64,000 bases of DNA from a virus (Duplodnaviria; Caudoviricetes), in IMG/VR virus record IMGVR_UViG_3300028864_000017. The stretch is one strand, 5' to 3'. Under the pieces are notes generated by a model, which was not told where the DNA came from, searched no databases, and was given only the letters and a program-made list of their open reading frames with translations. The translations under genes were made by a program, and so were the position numbers. Positions 30,010 to 39,404 of the stretch are shown here, in pieces. How positions within the stretch are numbered: position 1 is the first letter of the stretch; each line of letters starts with the position of its first letter.

Positions 30010-30735
30010 TTATTTTATAATTGTTTGAATTTTATCCGTTTGTGTTTGATTTTGCAACCATTTATTTGTAATTTTTCTATATTTTATGCTATCTTTAATC
30101 TCTTTAATCTTTTTTTTGGAATCTTCAATTTCTTTATGAAATCTTTCTTTATCAGAATTATATAAAGGCATAAGCTCATTATATAAATCTAATTGACTTT
30201 TATCATTACCATCATTCAGCATCTTAGTTGATTGAATCAAGCATGTTTTTACATCATCATTATTTATATACCAAGTTTTTTGTGTTATCCATTTTTTTGT
30301 ATCATCATCTATTTGAAATTGCTCTGATGTTAATTCAACTTCTTTCATATTAGTCAAATCAATTAATTTATTTTCATTATCTTTTAGCCATTTAGTATAT
30401 CGTTCCATATTACCAACGTTTTTCAACATATCAGATATTTTAACTCCTATTCCTAAATCTTCCTTTCCAAGATACATTCTAATAAAAATTAAAGCGCCTG
30501 GATGGGTTGTATCATCATCTTTAATAGCAAAATAACAACCAGCAGGAACAACCCATTCATCAGATGGTAAGAATGAAAATGATTTAACATAAATATCAGC
30601 TTTACCTTCTTCAATAAGTTCATCTACTAATTTAGCATATTCACTTGATTTTGCTCTAATGATTGATAGTGCCAAGCCTTGACCAGTTTCTTTTGTAAGA
30701 TGAATAATCTTATTTAGCATTTCTGTTTTTTCCAT
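30010..30735 (-). CDS. Hypothetical protein
   Basis: ORF in operon. Confidence 0.7.
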   Translation of the reverse strand: MEKTEMLNKIIHLTKETGQGLALSIIRAKSSEYAKLVDELIEEGKADIYVKSFSFLPSDEWVVPAGCYFAIKDDDTTHPGALIFIRMYLGKEDLGIGVKISDMLKNVGNMERYTKWLKDNENKLIDLTNMKEVELTSEQFQIDDDTKKWITQKTWYINNDDVKTCLIQSTKMLNDGNDKSQLDLYNELMPLYNSDKERFHKEIEDSKKKIKEIKDSIKYRKITNKWLQNQTQTDKIQTIIK

Positions 30736-31263
30736 TTATTTTGTTTTTTTTGGTTTTATTGTCATTTGCATTCTTTTACCTTCTAATTTTGGCATAGACT
30801 CTGCTATTCCAATTCCATCTAATTCTTCAACAAACTTCAATAATTTAACTTTACCTTGATCTTGATATACTATCTCTCTTCCTTTGAAAAATACTGATAA
30901 TAATACTTTATTTCCTTCAGATAAAAAGTTTTTTGCGTGTGTCAATTTAAAATTGAAATCATGTTCATCAATATTAGGAGTCATTCTAATCTCTTTGACT
31001 TCAATCTGATTTTGTTTTTGAGTTTTCTTTTGTTCTTTATCTTTTTTCTTTTTATCATAAAGAAATTTTTCATAATCAACTATTCTACATATAGAAATAT
31101 TATTATTAGATGATATTTCTACTAAATCTAATTCCATTTCATCTGCAAGTCTAATAGCCTTTCTAGTATCTAAAACACAATTTTCGACGTTATCTCCTAC
31201 TAATCTAACACTTTGATTGGTAATAAATCTATTAATCTTGTTTTGATTTTCTGGTTTACTCAT
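30736..31263 (-). CDS. infC: Translation initiation factor IF-3
   Basis: LDLVEIS, DYEKFLY, EVKEIRMTPNIDEHDFNFK, FKGREI, LEGKRM. Confidence 0.95.
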   Translation of the reverse strand: MSKPENQNKINRFITNQSVRLVGDNVENCVLDTRKAIRLADEMELDLVEISSNNNISICRIVDYEKFLYDKKKKDKEQKKTQKQNQIEVKEIRMTPNIDEHDFNFKLTHAKNFLSEGNKVLLSVFFKGREIVYQDQGKVKLLKFVEELDGIGIAESMPKLEGKRMQMTIKPKKTK

Positions 31264-31284
31264 ATTTATTATTAATTATTTGTG

Positions 31285-31292
31285 CAAATATA
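31285..31292 (-). promoter_or_regulatory. Bacteroidota sigma-A -7 element
   Basis: TATATTTG on the minus strand upstream of infC. Confidence 0.65.
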
Positions 31293-31331
31293 ATAAAATT
31301 ATTTCTATATACCAAATATATTGATACTTCA

Positions 31332-32081
31332 TTAAAAATATTTATGAAATATATTAAAATTTAATTTATTTTTATTTATAATATTAATCATAGAATAAAG
31401 TTGATTATTTTCATTAGTATTAAATAATACATCATTATATTCAGTATATTCTATTAATTTCCAAGCATCTAAAATCAATTCTTCCCTTATTTCTTCATAT
31501 AATTGATAATTGGAAAAATTATCTTTTTGCCCTAAAAAACGAAGTTCACTTCTTCTAAAATTATCAAGTTCACCATGTCCACAGCAAGGTCTCATAATAT
31601 CCAAAACATCAGAATCATAAACTATATTATGATTTATGTCATTTGTTAAGTTCTTACTAATTAGTGATGAAATATATTTACATTTATCTTCATCATAAAA
31701 AGAATTTTCTAATAAGTATTTTAAACAATTATTTGCACTATCATCTTCCCATAAATCTATTCCACTTCCTTTTCTACCGCTATCATGAAAAGATACTGCA
31801 TATCTTATTGCATTGAAATCTATATCTTTACCTAATTCCTTTGTATAAAATCTTGACATAAATTCAGAAAAAATAATAGATCTTGATATGTGACGTCTTC
31901 CATGAATTCCATATTCATCAAAACTATTTTCATGTTTTTTATAAATATTTAGAATTGATTTATCCAACTCATTTAAAAAATCATTCCATTCTTCAATGTC
32001 TTTATTCATTTTATTTTTTGTATTTATTTTTATCGTATTGTTTTTTACCAAAATACTCTGGTTTAGGATATAAAGTTTCAT
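31332..32081 (-). CDS. HD-domain metal-dependent phosphohydrolase
   Basis: HGRRH...FHDSGR...YDSDVLD. Confidence 0.75.
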   Translation of the reverse strand: MKLYILNQSILVKNNTIKINTKNKMNKDIEEWNDFLNELDKSILNIYKKHENSFDEYGIHGRRHISRSIIFSEFMSRFYTKELGKDIDFNAIRYAVSFHDSGRKGSGIDLWEDDSANNCLKYLLENSFYDEDKCKYISSLISKNLTNDINHNIVYDSDVLDIMRPCCGHGELDNFRRSELRFLGQKDNFSNYQLYEEIREELILDAWKLIEYTEYNDVLFNTNENNQLYSMINIINKNKLNFNIFHKYF

Positions 32082-33228
32082 CTAAATATAATTTATCAAA
32101 AACATCATTTGAAAAATATTTTTGAAGATTTATTTTTTTGAATTTTTCCATATCTTTTATTTCCTGAACTAATTTATTCAAATCTTTAATTTTAATTAAA
32201 TATTTCTTAGCAACGTATTTATCTTTCTTATTTTTTAATAAATCTTCTACCAATTTTTGCCACAAAAAAACCTTATATCCTTGATCTAAGAGAGTTTGAG
32301 ATTTTCTTATACCAACATTATCTTGATCTAAAAAGAATTGAATATCTAAGTCAGAATCAAATAAAAATGATAAGTCAGTGTCAATACTATTTAATCCTAT
32401 TGCTCCAATAGAATTACTATGAGATTTTTCATAATTCATAAATAATGAATCTAACATTCCTTCAAATATTGTCACTGGTTCATTCCAATCAACATTCAAT
32501 ATATTAAAAAAGTTAGAAAGCTTATTATAAGATAACATTTCTAATTCATCTAATATTTCATCAGGATGTAAAATTGAATATACTTTTTCAAAATTAAAAA
32601 TCTTAAAAAATCTCTTATCACCAGGCTTCATATTTCGAATTTGCATTCCCAACATTTTTTTACCTGACTTATTCAACATCACAATACATTTCTCAGTCCA
32701 TCTATCAGTCAAATGATAATCGCATTCATAAATATTTTCAAAATCTTCAATTAATCTTTCATATTTCAAATATTGATATGCAGCGGAATTAAATTGTATA
32801 GGTTTAAATTTTGATATTTGATGTTCTGAATGCTCATTAACATAATTAGAAAATTCATCAATATCAATTAATTTGTTCAAATTTTCAGGAATATAAACAT
32901 CTTTCTTCCTATCAAATTTCATATGAGAATCCGCAAAATCATATAATGCTTGTTTCTCTTCTAACCCAATATCAACTTTAAAATCACTACATAGATGAGT
33001 AACACTAGCTCTGCAACCTTCATTAAAGCAAACCATAAATGTAGGATTATCCTTGTAAATGTTTGCTCTTTTTGCATTAGGATCTTTCTGTGAATCACCA
33101 CATACTGGGCAAGCAAAATTTATTCTATCATTATAATCTTTAATTAGAAATTTACGGGGATCAGAATGAGCATTTTTTAATACTTCTGAAATCTTACTTT
33201 TTATATATTCAATATCTATTTTTGACAT
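32011..33228 (-). CDS. DNA primase (T4 gp61-like)
   Basis: CPVCGD..CFNEGC zinc finger; TOPRIM motifs IFEGMLD and FLDQD. Confidence 0.85.
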   Translation of the reverse strand: MSKIDIEYIKSKISEVLKNAHSDPRKFLIKDYNDRINFACPVCGDSQKDPNAKRANIYKDNPTFMVCFNEGCRASVTHLCSDFKVDIGLEEKQALYDFADSHMKFDRKKDVYIPENLNKLIDIDEFSNYVNEHSEHQISKFKPIQFNSAAYQYLKYERLIEDFENIYECDYHLTDRWTEKCIVMLNKSGKKMLGMQIRNMKPGDKRFFKIFNFEKVYSILHPDEILDELEMLSYNKLSNFFNILNVDWNEPVTIFEGMLDSLFMNYEKSHSNSIGAIGLNSIDTDLSFLFDSDLDIQFFLDQDNVGIRKSQTLLDQGYKVFLWQKLVEDLLKNKKDKYVAKKYLIKIKDLNKLVQEIKDMEKFKKINLQKYFSNDVFDKLYLDETLYPKPEYFGKKQYDKNKYKK

Positions 33229-33276
33229 AACTCATGATATAAAAAATGATTAATAAAGTTTAATCAAATAAAAAAC

Positions 33277-33309
33277 GAAAATCAGGAAGGATAACAACCT
33301 GATTTTCAT
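33277..33309 (-). terminator. Intrinsic terminator
   Basis: GAAAATCAGG...CCTGATTTTC stem with a T tract on the minus strand. Confidence 0.65.
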
Positions 33310-33405
33310 GTATAAAAATAAAAAGATGCAAGATCATGATATATATATTATATATATTTATATATTAATCTTAATTAACTATATATCAGATACTTAATTT
33401 ATATA

Positions 33406-33822
33406 TTATAATGTTATATCCAGGTTATCTTGTATATTTCCTATAATTTCCATATCTTTTCTTGAATAATAACCATTACCCAATTTGCTATTACATGTTG
33501 TAAGTAATATGAAAAGATCATCATTCTTTGATTTGATTTCTTTTATTGATTTTATTGGATTAATCCACCAACAAGTATTTTGTTGATTCCATTCCACAAT
33601 GTACATGATATCATCATCAGATAGTATATCATTTTCAAAAATTCTAACATTATTCTTATCAGTGATCCCTGTGAATTGTCCTTCTGTTTCAGATAAAATA
33701 CTGAATTCTGGTATGTATTTACAGGTACGTTCTTCTGTAATAATATCTGAAAATACTATTCCAAATTGGTTATAGTATATCCAATCATTGTTTTCTAATT
33801 TTACTCTAAAAATTTTTTCCAT
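33406..33822 (-). CDS. YopX-family protein
   Basis: QFTGITDKNNVRIFENDIL...EIIGNI. Confidence 0.8.
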   Translation of the reverse strand: MEKIFRVKLENNDWIYYNQFGIVFSDIITEERTCKYIPEFSILSETEGQFTGITDKNNVRIFENDILSDDDIMYIVEWNQQNTCWWINPIKSIKEIKSKNDDLFILLTTCNSKLGNGYYSRKDMEIIGNIQDNLDITL

Positions 33823-33842
33823 TTTAATAGTTTATTGTGTTA

Positions 33843-34316
33843 TTATTCAAATATCTCTATTATATCTACAAGGTTATTATAGATTTCATTGTAGCCACCA
33901 GAATGTCCATTGGAATATGAAAGGCTATATACTTTTTTTTGATATTTTTCTGGTACATTATCATAAAGACCACTTTCAGTTTTAATGAAATTTTCAATTA
34001 CAGAATTTCTATCATTAAAATATTTATGATATTCATCATTAATTTTTTTATATTCAGGAAGAGATTCTTCATATCTTTGAAGTTTTTCTGTATATAATTT
34101 AACATCATCTAATGAGTGTTTCTTAGTAAGATATGGCTTTATTGGTCTTTCTGGATATTCATCAGAATTTTTCTGAATAGCATCAATAGTTTCAGAAACA
34201 CTAAGATTATTTTCTTCCATATAACTAAGTACAATTTCTAATGTAATTTTACCTTTTAAATTTGTTTTCATAACATTAAATTTTAAATGATTATTTGTGT
34301 TTAATTGACAATGCAA
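33843..34316 (-). CDS. Hypothetical protein
   Basis: ORF; true start probably MKTNLK; TATCTTTG promoter near 34316-34323 (minus). Confidence 0.65.
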   Translation of the reverse strand: MHCQLNTNNHLKFNVMKTNLKGKITLEIVLSYMEENNLSVSETIDAIQKNSDEYPERPIKPYLTKKHSLDDVKLYTEKLQRYEESLPEYKKINDEYHKYFNDRNSVIENFIKTESGLYDNVPEKYQKKVYSLSYSNGHSGGYNEIYNNLVDIIEIFE

Positions 34317-34405
34317 AGATAACCATTTATATAAATAAAATCTAATTATATTTTGTTAAATAAATAAAAAAAGAGAGCACTTAGGCTCTCTTTTTATTAA
34401 ATATA

Positions 34406-34834
34406 TTAAAAAGATTCTAATAAATCTATCAAATCCTTTAATTTTATGTATTCTATACCATAATCATCATAATTACCGTAGTATTCCCAATCATGTTTAG
34501 TTGTTGATTCTAATGATTCTTCTATTTTTTTAAATTGAAGATAAGTTATTCCTGGCGCTAATTGCTCTAAAACCATATCAAGAGCTTTAAATTTTGGCTT
34601 GTCCTCTCCATAATATTCTTCTGACTCATCATCATTCCAACAATTACCACCTTGTGAACCTCCTTCAGACCAACGCATATACACAATCAATTCTTTAATA
34701 CCATCACATCCATATGGTTCAATAAATATACCTTGATCTGATATTGTACATTCATTGTTTATTTTATCTATTTGTTTCTTTGTTAATTCCATTTTTTTAA
34801 TTTTCTTATTACAAATATAATAATTTATTTTCAT
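34406..34834 (-). CDS. Hypothetical protein
   Basis: ORF; true start probably MELTKK; terminator hairpin near 34366-34396. Confidence 0.65.
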   Translation of the reverse strand: MKINYYICNKKIKKMELTKKQIDKINNECTISDQGIFIEPYGCDGIKELIVYMRWSEGGSQGGNCWNDDESEEYYGEDKPKFKALDMVLEQLAPGITYLQFKKIEESLESTTKHDWEYYGNYDDYGIEYIKLKDLIDLLESF

Positions 34835-34859
34835 ATAAAAAAATTATATTTCAAAATAT

Positions 34860-34890
34860 TTTGATATTATAAAAAATAATTGTATCTTTG
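34860..34890 (+). promoter_or_regulatory. Bacteroidota sigma-A promoter
   Basis: TTTG-N19-TATCTTTG. Confidence 0.75.
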
Positions 34891-34907
34891 CACAAAATAA
34901 ATATAAA

Positions 34908-35243
34908 ATGGAAAATAAAATAGGTAAAGTATCAAATGCTTTCATAGTATCATCAGGTAGAAGAGTAAAAAATGGTACATATATAACATTTGAAACCAAT
35001 GTCAATGTGATAATTGGTAATTATGTGGATATTAAAGTTGATAATAAAATTCATTGTTTTGAAGTAATGGATATTTCAATTAAAAGTAAAGACTTATCAG
35101 TAGATGCTTGTGAAGTAGGATATTATTCAAAATTTGATAGTATGAAAGATTTTGATTTGAGAAATTTGATTGATATTGATGTTTATAAAATAACTGACAC
35201 AGAAAGAATTAATAAAATACAAAAAGAATCATGTTACTGTTAA
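34908..35243 (+). CDS. Hypothetical protein
   Basis: First ORF after the promoter. Confidence 0.7.
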   Translation: MENKIGKVSNAFIVSSGRRVKNGTYITFETNVNVIIGNYVDIKVDNKIHCFEVMDISIKSKDLSVDACEVGYYSKFDSMKDFDLRNLIDIDVYKITDTERINKIQKESCYC

Positions 35244-35255
35244 AATATTAAAAAT

Positions 35256-35429
35256 ATGGCTAAAAATATAATGTTAAATGAAGAAGATTTTCAGAAATTA
35301 ACCAAAGGTGAAGTTATTGAAAAAGATGGTGTTAAAATAGCACTTCAAGATATTGGATTTGGTACTATGATTGATATATTAGATGAAAATTATAATGATT
35401 ATTTAGAATATAGAAAAACACATTTTTAA
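35256..35429 (+). CDS. Small hypothetical protein (57 aa), not in the ORF track
   Basis: MAKNIMLNEEDFQKLTKGEVIEKDGVKIALQDIG...; fills the operon gap. Confidence 0.65.
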   Translation: MAKNIMLNEEDFQKLTKGEVIEKDGVKIALQDIGFGTMIDILDENYNDYLEYRKTHF

Positions 35430-36083
35430 ATGGAAAATTTTGGAAATAAAAATTATCATGTTACAGTAAGCGAAAAAACTTTAACTATATTAGTTTCTTA
35501 TTGTATTAAAAGTGATTCAGATGAAGTTTGGATTTCATTTAAAGATATAGTAGAGTTAAAAACTGTTTATGATGATTTGAAAAATTTCTTTGATAAAAAT
35601 GATAGATTTTTTTGGTTTTATGATAATTATGAATTTTCACACTCAAGTGGAGATTTGAAAAATGAAAAAATAGAAAAAATAAAGTCATTATCAACAGAAG
35701 AAATGATAAATTATATAATGAGTGGTGAAACTCATCTAAATACCAATGATGATAATAATTATATAAATGCTGAAGAATGTGGATTCGGTAAAATAATGAC
35801 TTCACCTAAAATGAGAACAATTGATAATGAAGTTGTTGAAAAAAATTCATATATATTAAACTGTTTACCATTCTCAACATTTAATTGTATTCCATTTTCA
35901 TTTTCAGAAAACTCAATAAAATTCTTTAATTTTTATAAGAATGATATAAAAAAATATTTTGTTGATAATCTCGGAATAAATATGTTTTATAAACTTACAA
36001 TTATTAAAATTACATTAACATCATATTTAAGTTTTTATAGAGTTAGATATGAAGGTGGAAAAATAAAAAATGAAAAGAATTAG
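35430..36083 (+). CDS. Hypothetical protein
   Basis: ORF in operon. Confidence 0.65.
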   Translation: MENFGNKNYHVTVSEKTLTILVSYCIKSDSDEVWISFKDIVELKTVYDDLKNFFDKNDRFFWFYDNYEFSHSSGDLKNEKIEKIKSLSTEEMINYIMSGETHLNTNDDNNYINAEECGFGKIMTSPKMRTIDNEVVEKNSYILNCLPFSTFNCIPFSFSENSIKFFNFYKNDIKKYFVDNLGINMFYKLTIIKITLTSYLSFYRVRYEGGKIKNEKN

Positions 36084-36606
36084 AGTAGAAGAAATAATTA
36101 AATGGAATATAGCTAAAAAGACAAAAACAATAAAAGCTAAACCACTAATTTCAATAATGGTGGATAGAAATGTTTTATCAAAATTTTTAGTTGATACATT
36201 AGAAGGTAAAGAACCTCTTGGTGATGGATCTATTATTTGTCTTGGTGATAGTAATGATGTTTGGCAACAAATGCCTAAAAAACTTCTTCAAAAATATAGT
36301 GTTATTAGTATTGATAATGATGGTTGGATGATTTGTGAACCAAGACCTGATAACTCAGTAGAATGTATAGAAATTACCACAGATTTATCAGAATTTGTTG
36401 ATGATTCAGATTTTTGGGTAACGGAAAAGGAACATTTTTTTATTAAAGGATTATGGGGTGAAGAAGTTTCTATTCTTGATAAAAAAATAAACATTCAGAG
36501 ATCAGATATAGGTGACTTCATTTGTAGAAATAGAGAAGATAAAAATGATATTTGGATTGTAAAAAGAAAAATATTTATAAATACTTATAATATCATATCT
36601 CAATAA
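36070..36606 (+). CDS. Hypothetical protein (possibly PGDYG-like duplicated domain)
   Basis: GDGSIICLG..DVW and IGDFICRN..DIWIV internal similarity. Confidence 0.5.
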   Translation: MKRIRVEEIIKWNIAKKTKTIKAKPLISIMVDRNVLSKFLVDTLEGKEPLGDGSIICLGDSNDVWQQMPKKLLQKYSVISIDNDGWMICEPRPDNSVECIEITTDLSEFVDDSDFWVTEKEHFFIKGLWGEEVSILDKKINIQRSDIGDFICRNREDKNDIWIVKRKIFINTYNIISQ

Positions 36607-36945
36607 ATGAAAAAAGAAAAATATCTTGAATATCGTAAAATATTTGAAAATAATTATAAAGAACAACTAAATATTGGTAAACATGACTTAGGATTTGTTA
36701 ATTTGCATGACACAAAAAACAATATTTCAAGATTTCAAGAGTTTATTTTTATTTATAGTTGTGATATAAATTCAATATTCACTAATACTGTAAATTCAAT
36801 AGATAGAAGGAAAAGATTTATAGTTAAAAATAATAAACCAGTAATTAAAATAAGAATAGATTTATCAAATGTTCATTTAGTTGATAATTGGTCAGAGCAT
36901 TTTGGAAAAGTCGAAGAGTATTATAAAAAAAATATTAAAAAATGA
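36607..36945 (+). CDS. Hypothetical protein
   Basis: ORF in operon. Confidence 0.65.
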   Translation: MKKEKYLEYRKIFENNYKEQLNIGKHDLGFVNLHDTKNNISRFQEFIFIYSCDINSIFTNTVNSIDRRKRFIVKNNKPVIKIRIDLSNVHLVDNWSEHFGKVEEYYKKNIKK

Positions 36946-37606
36946 AATGATGGATAAAAAAATAACAGTATTTGAAAATTTAACAGCAAGTCATAATGTA
37001 GATCCTCAAAATGGATTTACTCCATTGTGTCCAACTGAGTTACCTGTAACAGATGGTGATAAAATTGTAGATGAATTAAATAAACAGAATAATCTTGTTA
37101 AATATAAAACAGTATCAAAAGATATGCATCCTGTTAATTCAATTTGGATAGCAAGTGATGAACATCCTCAATTTTCAACAATAGAAGGAGAAAATGTTGA
37201 TATTGCTTGGAAATCTCATTGTATATCAGGTACATTTGGATCTGAACTTATATCAGGACTTCCTAAAATGTGTGATTATGACTTTTTTGTAGCAAAGGGA
37301 TTTGAACCAGATTTACATCCTTACTCAAGTTGCTATCATGACTTAAATAAAAAAATATCTACAGGACTAATTGAATGGTATATTTCTAAACATATTGATA
37401 CTGTTATAGTTGGTGGATTAGCTACAAATTATTGTGTTGGATCAACTGTTATTGATTTGGTAAATGCAGGATTTGATGTTATTCTTAACCTTGGAGGATG
37501 TAAAGGAATTGGCTCAGATGAAGATATTAATAATTATGTAGATATGTTAGTCAATGATTATAATATTGTAGTTGTAAATTCTGCTGATGAAATTGAAGTA
37601 ATTTAA
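36881..37606 (+). CDS. pncA: Nicotinamidase / pyrazinamidase
   Basis: VDPQNGF, KDMHP, WKSHCISGT.G, KG..YSS, GLATNYCV; start probably MMDKK near 36947. Confidence 0.88.
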   Translation: MIIGQSILEKSKSIIKKILKNEMMDKKITVFENLTASHNVDPQNGFTPLCPTELPVTDGDKIVDELNKQNNLVKYKTVSKDMHPVNSIWIASDEHPQFSTIEGENVDIAWKSHCISGTFGSELISGLPKMCDYDFFVAKGFEPDLHPYSSCYHDLNKKISTGLIEWYISKHIDTVIVGGLATNYCVGSTVIDLVNAGFDVILNLGGCKGIGSDEDINNYVDMLVNDYNIVVVNSADEIEVI

Positions 37607-37608
37607 AA

Positions 37609-37845
37609 ATGATAGGTAAAGCAGGTGATAGAGTCATATATATTGGTTATGCTCCTGATAAAATAGTTTATGATGAATTAATTCTTGATTCAAATTATAC
37701 AATAAAATATGTAAACCATCATTCTGGTTATGATTTATATGTATTGGTTGGATTTGAAACATGCGTACCATTTATGTCAGATGAATTTGAAACATTGTCT
37801 GAATATAGAAAAAGAAAACTTGAAAAAATAAATAATTTAAAATGA
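37609..37845 (+). CDS. Hypothetical protein with C-terminal RxxK[LI] tag
   Basis: Ends YRKRKLEKINNLK. Confidence 0.65.
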   Translation: MIGKAGDRVIYIGYAPDKIVYDELILDSNYTIKYVNHHSGYDLYVLVGFETCVPFMSDEFETLSEYRKRKLEKINNLK

Positions 37846-38171
37846 TAGCATATAAATTAATGAAACAAAGAAAGAATGGTACTCTTGGTAGTTTATTTAT
37901 AAATGCTAAAGAAGTATATTCTTTTAATGTTTGGATGAATGCTGAGCTTATACCAACAAATGGTTTTTCTGAAAGATTTGGTTGGCATTGCTGTTTCACT
38001 CCAAATGCTCCACACTTGAAAGAAAATCTATCAAGTGGAGAAATAAGAGTATGGGTAGAAGTTGAAGTTGAAGGTATAAAAACTTACGATAGACCTGAAT
38101 CTCAAGGTGGATCATGGATTCTTGCAGATAAAATGAAAATTAATCGTATTGTTGATAAAAATGAATATTGA
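37842..38171 (+). CDS. Hypothetical protein
   Basis: AYKL...GWHC..RVWVEVEV, a pattern common in phage proteins. Confidence 0.7.
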   Translation: MIAYKLMKQRKNGTLGSLFINAKEVYSFNVWMNAELIPTNGFSERFGWHCCFTPNAPHLKENLSSGEIRVWVEVEVEGIKTYDRPESQGGSWILADKMKINRIVDKNEY

Positions 38172-38418
38172 TAAATCGTTAGGATGTTGGAATTTAGGAA
38201 ATTGTAGTTATTTAGATGAACTTGCATATCATCTTTATCTTAAAGATTATGATAATTGGTTTCATTCTGTAGGTTTTGAAGAACCAATAACACAATACAT
38301 ATTCTGTATGCAACATTCATATGAAAAAAACACAGGACATGTAGCACAATATTACAATAAATCAGTATTAGTAATAAGAAAAGAAAAACTTGAAGAAATA
38401 AATGGAATCAAAAAATAA
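38149..38418 (+). CDS. Hypothetical protein with C-terminal RxxK[LI] tag
   Basis: Ends IRKEKLEEINGIKK. Confidence 0.65.
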   Translation: MLIKMNIDKSLGCWNLGNCSYLDELAYHLYLKDYDNWFHSVGFEEPITQYIFCMQHSYEKNTGHVAQYYNKSVLVIRKEKLEEINGIKK

Positions 38419-38725
38419 ATATTATAAGAATTCTTTAACTGGACATATTATTTGCGAACAAACATTTGTATCAGATATTATTACTAATATTCCAACTAAG
38501 TATTATGATTTACATATGCGTGAAATTGTAGATTTTTTTGACTTGAAAGGATATTTGGAAATAAAAAAGAAAAAATTTGATTTATATAGAAGTAGCAGAT
38601 GGAATGCAGGTGAAATAAATAGTTGGTTTATAAAACCTAAAATAGAAAAAACTTTAATTGAAATAAGAAAAGAAAAACTAGAAGAACTAAATAAAATAAA
38701 AAAAAAGTATGATTGGAATGTATAA
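38402..38725 (+). CDS. Hypothetical protein with C-terminal RxxK[LI] tag
   Basis: Ends IRKEKLEELNKIKKKYDWNV. Confidence 0.65.
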   Translation: MESKNKYYKNSLTGHIICEQTFVSDIITNIPTKYYDLHMREIVDFFDLKGYLEIKKKKFDLYRSSRWNAGEINSWFIKPKIEKTLIEIRKEKLEELNKIKKKYDWNV

Positions 38726-39332
38726 GGAAATTTATGATGAAATGAATGAAAGGTTGAAATATCTTGAAAGTCAAGAACAAACTGAAGAAATAAAAAATAG
38801 AATAGATGAAATTTGCTTATCTATTGTTCATATTCAGCAAAAAATTTTATTTCAAATGGGTAGAAAACCAATGCCTCAAGAAATTGAAAGAAAATTTCTT
38901 GTTAAAGGTGAATATAAATCATTATCAGTTAATGAATATAAAATTATTCAAGGATATATTTCATCTAATCCTGCAGTTAGAATTCGCATTAAAAATGATA
39001 AAGCATATATAACTATCAAAGGAAAAACTAATGAAACTGGTGTGTCTCGCTATGAATTTGAAAAAGAAATATTAGTTGATGAAGCAAAAGAATTGATGTT
39101 ATTATGTGGAGATGGTAAAATAGATAAAACTCGTTATAATATTCAAGTTGGAAATCACATATTTGAAGTTGATGAATTTCATGGTGAGAATGAAGGATTA
39201 ACTATTGCTGAAGTTGAACTTAGTAGTGAAGATGAATCATATGATATTCCAGAATGGTTAGGTGAAGAAGTTACTGGAAATAAAGAATATTATAATTCAT
39301 ATTTGAGTAAAAATCCATATTCTAAAAAATAA
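38709..39332 (+). CDS. CYTH-domain triphosphate tunnel metalloenzyme
   Basis: EIERKFLV, IIQGY, VRIR, RYEFE, KTRY, EVDEF, AEVEL. Confidence 0.9.
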   Translation: MIGMYKEIYDEMNERLKYLESQEQTEEIKNRIDEICLSIVHIQQKILFQMGRKPMPQEIERKFLVKGEYKSLSVNEYKIIQGYISSNPAVRIRIKNDKAYITIKGKTNETGVSRYEFEKEILVDEAKELMLLCGDGKIDKTRYNIQVGNHIFEVDEFHGENEGLTIAEVELSSEDESYDIPEWLGEEVTGNKEYYNSYLSKNPYSKK

Positions 39333-39367
39333 ACTAAATATTTTATTGTATTTAAAAATAAAAGTAT

Positions 39368-39375
39368 TATCTTTG
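39368..39375 (+). promoter_or_regulatory. Bacteroidota sigma-A -7 element
   Basis: TATCTTTG upstream of pncB. Confidence 0.65.
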
Positions 39376-39404
39376 TGAAATAATTCAAATTAAAACAAAT
39401 TAAA

